Of a stretch of 64,000 bases of DNA, positions 59,611 through 64,000 are shown one piece after another. This DNA comes from an uncultured Pseudomonadota bacterium. GTDB taxonomy: Bacteria > Pseudomonadota > Alphaproteobacteria > UBA9219. A model generated the notes under the pieces. It did not search any database. It saw only the letters and a list, made by a program, of their open reading frames with translations, and had not been told where the DNA came from. The stretch's first letter is position 1, and every line of letters begins with the position of its first letter. The position numbers were made by a program, and so were the translations under genes. The stretch spans positions 14,891-78,890 of the forward strand of contig CAIPYM010000071.1 in the NCBI GenBank assembly GCA_903869345.1. Direction: 5' to 3'.

Positions 59611-62162
59611 CGCGCGTGACAGATTCCGATGCCCCACCCGACAAAACCTCCGAAACCGGCAAAACCGACACCGTGAGCAACGGGGAGTTTCTGCGCACGG
59701 TGTTTGGGGAGGGGTTGGGGGATGTGCGGCCGGTTCTGGTGAGCTTCGCCGGCAATCCGACCAACATCCCCAAAGGGGCATGGTTCGGACGCGCCTGGTC
59801 CGAAGAGGGCACAACGGACCAGCTTCTCCCTCCCACCGCCAACAATTATTTCAGCCTAGCGGTGTTTCGCCCGGACGAGGCGGGGCAGTACCGACGGCAA
59901 AAGGCGCGTTTCCATGCGCTTTATGCCGTGATGCTGGACGATATTGGAAGCAAGGTGGCGAAGGATAGGCTGACGTTACAGCCAAGCTGGCTCCTTGAAA
60001 CCTCGCCCGGAAACTACCAGGCCGGGTACCTGCTCAAGGAACCTCTTACAGACGGCAACGCCGCTGACCGGTTGATGCAAGCGATTGTGAATGCCGGGCT
60101 ATGCGACCCCGGGGCCAACGGGCCTCGTGCGCGGCTTGCGCGTTTGCCGGTGGCGGTGAACGGAAAACACACACCGCCTTTCCGTTGCCAAATGGAGGAA
60201 TGGGAGCCCAAGCGGCGCTATGCCGTGCAAGAACTGGTGGATGGGCTTCAGCTGGAAATCGCCCCGACAAAACGGCCCGAGCGTCGGGACACCCGAGGGA
60301 CAGGAACGTCCCCGGTGGATGGCGACCCGATCTGGATTCCTCGACCAACGGAAAACGCTGTCCTTGCCGCTCTGCATCATCGCGGGTTGTACAAATCCCC
60401 TCTGGGTGACGGCAAACACGACATCACCTGCCCTTGGTCCGAGGAGCACACCGACGGGACGGACAGCGGCACAGCCTACTTTGAGCCGGAGGACCATTGG
60501 CCTCTGGGCGGCTTCAAATGCCTGCATGGGCATTGCGCCGAACGGCACATCCGCGACCTGCTTCGCGTGCTCGACATTGAGGTAGGTGCGGCGCGCATGA
60601 AGCCCACCATCCGCATCATGGCGGGGGAAATTCATCGTGTTGTGGACGCCGCTGAGCGCGAATTGGCCCAGTCCTGTCGGCACTACCAGCGCGGCAGCCT
60701 GATCGTCACCGTTGTGACCGATCCTGGCACGCTTGAAACCCGCGTGCAGGAAGTTTCGCAGCCTGCCTTGGTCCGAGCGTTGGCGGGTGCAGCAACATGG
60801 GAGCGCTTTGACGCACGATCCCAAGCGTGGGTGCGCACAGATCCGCCCGCTCGTCATGCGGTCGTGCTGCACGACGCCACCAGTTACGCACACTTGCCCG
60901 TGCTTAACGGACTGGCACGCCAACCTTACCTGCGAGCGGATGGGAGCCTGATGCAGACAGCAGGCTATGACCAAGCCACAGGCATGTTTGGTGTGTTCGC
61001 CGAACACGCGTTTTCTGTCCCTGAAAAACCGAGCCGTGCTGAGGCCGAAGCCGCGCTTGCGCTGCTGAACGATCTCTTGGGGGAGTTCAGTTTTGCCGCA
61101 GAATCTGACCGCGCGGCCGCCTTGGCAGCCCTGTTGACGGCGGCTCTACGTCCCAGCCTCGCCCTTGCGCCCATGTTTCATGCGCGGGCCCACGTGGTCG
61201 GTTCCGGCAAATCCTACTTGTGCGAATTGATCACAGCCTTTGCCACCCCCCAACGCAGTGCTCCGACGACTTTCCCCGCCGACGATGAAGAATGCCGGAA
61301 ACTTCTGCTTGCCGAATTGCTACGGGCTCCAGCGGTGATTGAGTTTGATAACCTCAACGGTGATCTGATGGCCCACAAAAGTCTCTGCACCACGCTCACC
61401 TCAGGATTCCTTGAAGGACGCATCCTGGGCGTCTCGAAGACCGCGACCGTCAGCACCCGCGCCCTGTTTTTATCAAGCGGCAACAACGTCGGCCCTGTGA
61501 AGGACATGACACGGCGTTGCCTGACCATCCGCCTCGACCCCAGTCTGGAGGTCCCGGCGGCACGCACTTTCAAGCGGCCCGACCTGGTGCGCGAGCTGCT
61601 GCGAGAACGGGGACGCTACGTTTCGGCGGCGTTGACCCTCGTGCGGGCCTGGATTGTTGCGGACAGGCCCAAGAGCGTCTGCAAAGCCCTGGCAGGCTAT
61701 GGCGAATGGTCCGACCTGTGCCGCCAACCGCTGCTGTGGCTCGGCTGTGCCGACCCGACCGCCTCGGTCTTTGAGGCCATGGCAGAAGACCCCGACCGCG
61801 AGACTTTGGCACGGCTGCTCATTTCTTGGTGGGAGGCGTTTGCGGACCAGCCTACCCGCATTCGAGAGGCCATTCATCGGGCAACCATGAACCCCACCAC
61901 TAACAATGATTTAAACGAAGTGCTGAATGACATTGCCAGCGAACGTGGCGAGATCAACCGCCGCCGCTTGGGATGGTGGATCAAGCACCATACCGGATGC
62001 ATGGTGAACGGTCTGCGCTTTGTCCGTGCGAGCGGAAACAGCTCGGCAGAGAAGTGGCGGGTGGAATCGGTTTTGCCGGTTTTGCCGGTTTCTTCCAGCC
62101 CCAAGGCAGAAGCTGTCACAGGGGAAGATGACCTCCGGCAGGTGCCTTCAGGCGAGGGATAA
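59607..62162 (+). CDS. Primase-helicase (RepB-like primase, Zn-finger, SF3-like ATPase), 851 aa
   Basis: VMLDD...PSWLLETSPGNYQAGY; CPW...H...CLHGHC; Walker A GSGKS, Walker B IEFDN; ATGA overlap with alpA. Confidence 0.85.
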   Translation: MTRVTDSDAPPDKTSETGKTDTVSNGEFLRTVFGEGLGDVRPVLVSFAGNPTNIPKGAWFGRAWSEEGTTDQLLPPTANNYFSLAVFRPDEAGQYRRQKARFHALYAVMLDDIGSKVAKDRLTLQPSWLLETSPGNYQAGYLLKEPLTDGNAADRLMQAIVNAGLCDPGANGPRARLARLPVAVNGKHTPPFRCQMEEWEPKRRYAVQELVDGLQLEIAPTKRPERRDTRGTGTSPVDGDPIWIPRPTENAVLAALHHRGLYKSPLGDGKHDITCPWSEEHTDGTDSGTAYFEPEDHWPLGGFKCLHGHCAERHIRDLLRVLDIEVGAARMKPTIRIMAGEIHRVVDAAERELAQSCRHYQRGSLIVTVVTDPGTLETRVQEVSQPALVRALAGAATWERFDARSQAWVRTDPPARHAVVLHDATSYAHLPVLNGLARQPYLRADGSLMQTAGYDQATGMFGVFAEHAFSVPEKPSRAEAEAALALLNDLLGEFSFAAESDRAAALAALLTAALRPSLALAPMFHARAHVVGSGKSYLCELITAFATPQRSAPTTFPADDEECRKLLLAELLRAPAVIEFDNLNGDLMAHKSLCTTLTSGFLEGRILGVSKTATVSTRALFLSSGNNVGPVKDMTRRCLTIRLDPSLEVPAARTFKRPDLVRELLRERGRYVSAALTLVRAWIVADRPKSVCKALAGYGEWSDLCRQPLLWLGCADPTASVFEAMAEDPDRETLARLLISWWEAFADQPTRIREAIHRATMNPTTNNDLNEVLNDIASERGEINRRRLGWWIKHHTGCMVNGLRFVRASGNSSAEKWRVESVLPVLPVSSSPKAEAVTGEDDLRQVPSGEG
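62067..62092 (+). repeat. Putative replication iterons (GGTTTTGCC tandem), inverted copy at 59652-59668
   Basis: TCGGTTTTGCCGGTTTTGCCGGTTTC; GAAACCGGCAAAACCGA near the gene start. Confidence 0.55.
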
Positions 62163-62206
62163 CAGCGTGATTTGCCAAATGATTTCGGAAAAAACGGAGG
62201 GCCAAA

Positions 62207-62812
62207 ATGGGCGGATACGGCAGCGGGCAAGGTCGACATTACGGCGCACACGACGCAACCAATGACTACCGGGCTCTTGATGTGCGGCGCTGGCAACGGG
62301 ATGGACTTCTTGTGCCGGACCGCGTCTTCAGCTGGCAATGGAGTTGTGACGGCGAGGTGATGGCCTGGATTCGCGTAGGCGTCGAAGAGGGTTATGTGCG
62401 TTTAATCTACCGCCACCGAAGCCCAGGCGACGTTGAATGGAAGGACGAGGATTATCCCGTCGCACTTGATTGGACCTCCTGCCGTTTGGGCGGGCGACGT
62501 CCTTGGTTCCTCTGTCCTGCACGGGGATGCGGCCGCCGGGTCGCGATCCTCTACGGAGGCGGTATCTTTGCTTGCCGTCGCTGCTACCGACTGGCCTACC
62601 CAAGCCAGCGCGAAACCTGGGATGACCGAGCCGCACGGCGAGCCGACCGCCTACGCGACAAGCTGAAGTGGGAACCCGGCATTCTCAACGGGAACGGCTG
62701 GAAGCCGAAGGGCATGCACCAACGCACTTTCAACCGTCTTGTGGCCCAACATGACGCCCATGTGGAAAGGTCGCTCGCAGGCATGGTACTACGCTTTGGC
62801 ATCAAGCTGTAG
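62207..62812 (+). CDS. Island-associated Zn-finger hypothetical protein
   Basis: MGGYGSG start; CPARGCGRR...CRRCYRLAYPSQRE. Confidence 0.75.
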   Translation: MGGYGSGQGRHYGAHDATNDYRALDVRRWQRDGLLVPDRVFSWQWSCDGEVMAWIRVGVEEGYVRLIYRHRSPGDVEWKDEDYPVALDWTSCRLGGRRPWFLCPARGCGRRVAILYGGGIFACRRCYRLAYPSQRETWDDRAARRADRLRDKLKWEPGILNGNGWKPKGMHQRTFNRLVAQHDAHVERSLAGMVLRFGIKL

Positions 62813-62828
62813 TCCCGTTAAACACACA

Positions 62829-62923
62829 TGGGGGCAACTTTAGGGGCAGGTCTTTTTGGGAAATTGATGATAGGGATTGTTTTTCAAAGGGTTGCGCATT
62901 TTGTTCGATAGACCTTGGCCCGA
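62829..62923 (+). mobile_element. Right attachment region (arm plus degenerate core)
   Basis: Arm TGGGGGCAACTTTAGGGGCA (62829-62848, 19/20 to left arm); core GTTCGATAGACCTTGGCCCGA (62903-62923), 16/21 to tRNA 49247-49267. Confidence 0.68.
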
Positions 62924-63102
62924 TTTGCCGACGTTCGGCACCGTTCACCCAAACCTCGCAAACATCAACAAAACCGCCACCTTCGGTTCGCGGATGTTCG
63001 GGATTGTTCCTTGCGAGCCGGTACCGCGTGGGGGTAACTTTGGGGGTAACGGTACAGGGCGTGGGGTAACAACCCTGCTCCGGAACCTCGGGAGTTACCC
63101 CC

Positions 63103-63495
63103 ATGACGCTGTCCCACCTGACGATTCAAACCGCCAAACCCAAGGCCAAGTCCTACAAAATGTCCGGCGAGAAGGGCCTTTTCCTGCTTGTTACCCCCAA
63201 GGGGCAGAAATGGTGGCGGCTGAAATACCGCTTTGACGGCAAAGAAAAGTCTCTCTCGCTGGGCGTTTATCCCCAGGTCAGTCTCAAGGAAGCCAACGAT
63301 CGCCGCGATAAGGCGCGGGACCTCCTCGCTGAGGGCGTTGATCCTTCCGCGAGCCGCAAGGCCAAAAAAGAAGGGAACGTCCAAGAAACCACCAACACGT
63401 TTGAGGCCGTTGCGCGTGAATGGCTTGGCAGGCAATCGAACATCGGGCGAACATCGGGGCCGAATCACATTGTAGACAGAAGAAAGCAAGGATGA
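63103..63495 (+). pseudogene. Truncated second P4-type integrase (arm-binding domain only)
   Basis: KMSGEKGLFLLVTPKGQKWWRLKYRFDGKEKSLSLGVYP...TFEAVAREW, then divergence and stop; own arm sites TGGGGGTAACTTTGGGGGTA at 63029-63048. Confidence 0.87.
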
Positions 63496-63738
63496 TTTCA
63501 TGACACACTTTCCTGCGTAAGGTGGGGAGGCTCGCTTCGCTTTGAATGATCTACGGGCGCGTGAGGCCCTGACCACTCTTCAGGCGTTGCGGGTAGGAAC
63601 GGACGGGGACCGGGATGACAACGGTTACGAGAACCGATTGCGAGACGATCGCCCGCCTCGCAAGGACGATTTTCCCCCCATCAACAGAGTTGATGACGGG
63701 GATGGGGAAAAGACCCCCTGCAGGAGGTGTCGCGTTCC

Positions 63739-64000
63739 ATGCCCGAGGATGACATCGAAGGCTATGTCCATTCCATCGAAACCGCCGGGACCGTGGACGG
63801 GCCAGGGCTGCGGTACGTTGTGTTTTTGTCGGGGTGCCCGCTGCGGTGCCTTTACTGTCACAACCCGGACACGCGTCGCAAAAAACAGGGGAAGCTGACC
63901 CGCGCGTCCACCTTGATCACCGAGATGGCTCACTACCGCGATTTCCTTCTCCGCACGGGTGGGGGTGTGACGCTCAGCGGTGGGGAGCCGTTGGCTCAGC
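63739..64000 (+). CDS. pflA: Pyruvate formate-lyase activating enzyme (5' part, runs off the window)
   Basis: Manual translation MPEDDIEGYVHSIETAGTVDGPGLRYVVFLSGCPLRCLYCHNPDT...GGVTLSGGEP; radical-SAM CxxxCxxC; AGGAGG RBS. Confidence 0.9.
   Translation, partial: MPEDDIEGYVHSIETAGTVDGPGLRYVVFLSGCPLRCLYCHNPDTRRKKQGKLTRASTLITEMAHYRDFLLRTGGGVTLSGGEPLAQ

Larger units (their letters stand above)
49247..62923 (+). mobile_element. ~13.7-kb tRNA-integrated P4-integrase/AlpA/primase element (satellite-like) carrying CRISPR-Cas9
   Basis: Integrase directly after the tRNA; alpA and primase-helicase; repeated arm motif at both ends; degenerate copy of the tRNA 3' end at 62903-62923. Confidence 0.8.

Noticed and set aside
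59928-59950. Primase sequence GATGCTGGACGATATTGGAAG resembling the 30 nt upstream of the orphan repeat
   Set aside because: Needs large gaps; the contiguous match is only 8 nt, which is expected by chance
53833-62162. CRISPR-associated transposon or Cas9-guided integration
   Set aside because: No TnsABC/TniQ; Cas9 nuclease sites are intact; the integrase is a standard tRNA-targeting P4 type
49434-62812. Assignment as bona fide P4, PICI or prophage
   Set aside because: No psu, sid, delta, terminase or structural genes recognised; only satellite-like can be supported
63500-63738. ZMP/ZTP (pfl) riboswitch or FNR box upstream of pflA
   Set aside because: Consensus elements not found; ATCAAC-AGA-GTTGAT is the inverse of the FNR arrangement

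Overview
High-GC alphaproteobacterial chromosome segment. About 1-44 kb is a reshuffled housekeeping backbone (fsa, lnt-miaA, yejB, tatABC, yajC-secD, tolC, epmA, MaoC/pta-ackA, polA, bamB, cvpA-purF, obgE-rpmA-rplU, comF, ubiTU, argG, ettA). It includes a SxtJ/SxtK-like-carbamoyltransferase-SGNH cluster and many GC-rich palindromic repeats, some read in-frame inside genes. 44.4-48.3 kb is a decayed type IIG-like restriction-modification gene broken by an IS5 fragment and two frameshifts. At tRNA-Ala(GGC) (49195-49270) begins a ~13.7-kb P4-integrase / AlpA / primase-helicase integrative element with arm sites and a degenerate attR core at ~62903-62923. Its cargo is a complete, apparently intact type II-C CRISPR-Cas9 system: cas9 (1062 aa), cas1, cas2, a tracrRNA and 18 repeats with 17 spacers. 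The most unusual observation is an orphan degenerate CRISPR repeat (50685-50720, 27/36 identity, still able to pair with the tracrRNA). It lies 706 bp from the array and brackets an HTH-fusion gene plus a coupled small ORF, so a gene cassette occupies a spacer position. A truncated second integrase follows, then a partial pflA. All calls come from reading sequence and motifs by eye; no database searches were run.
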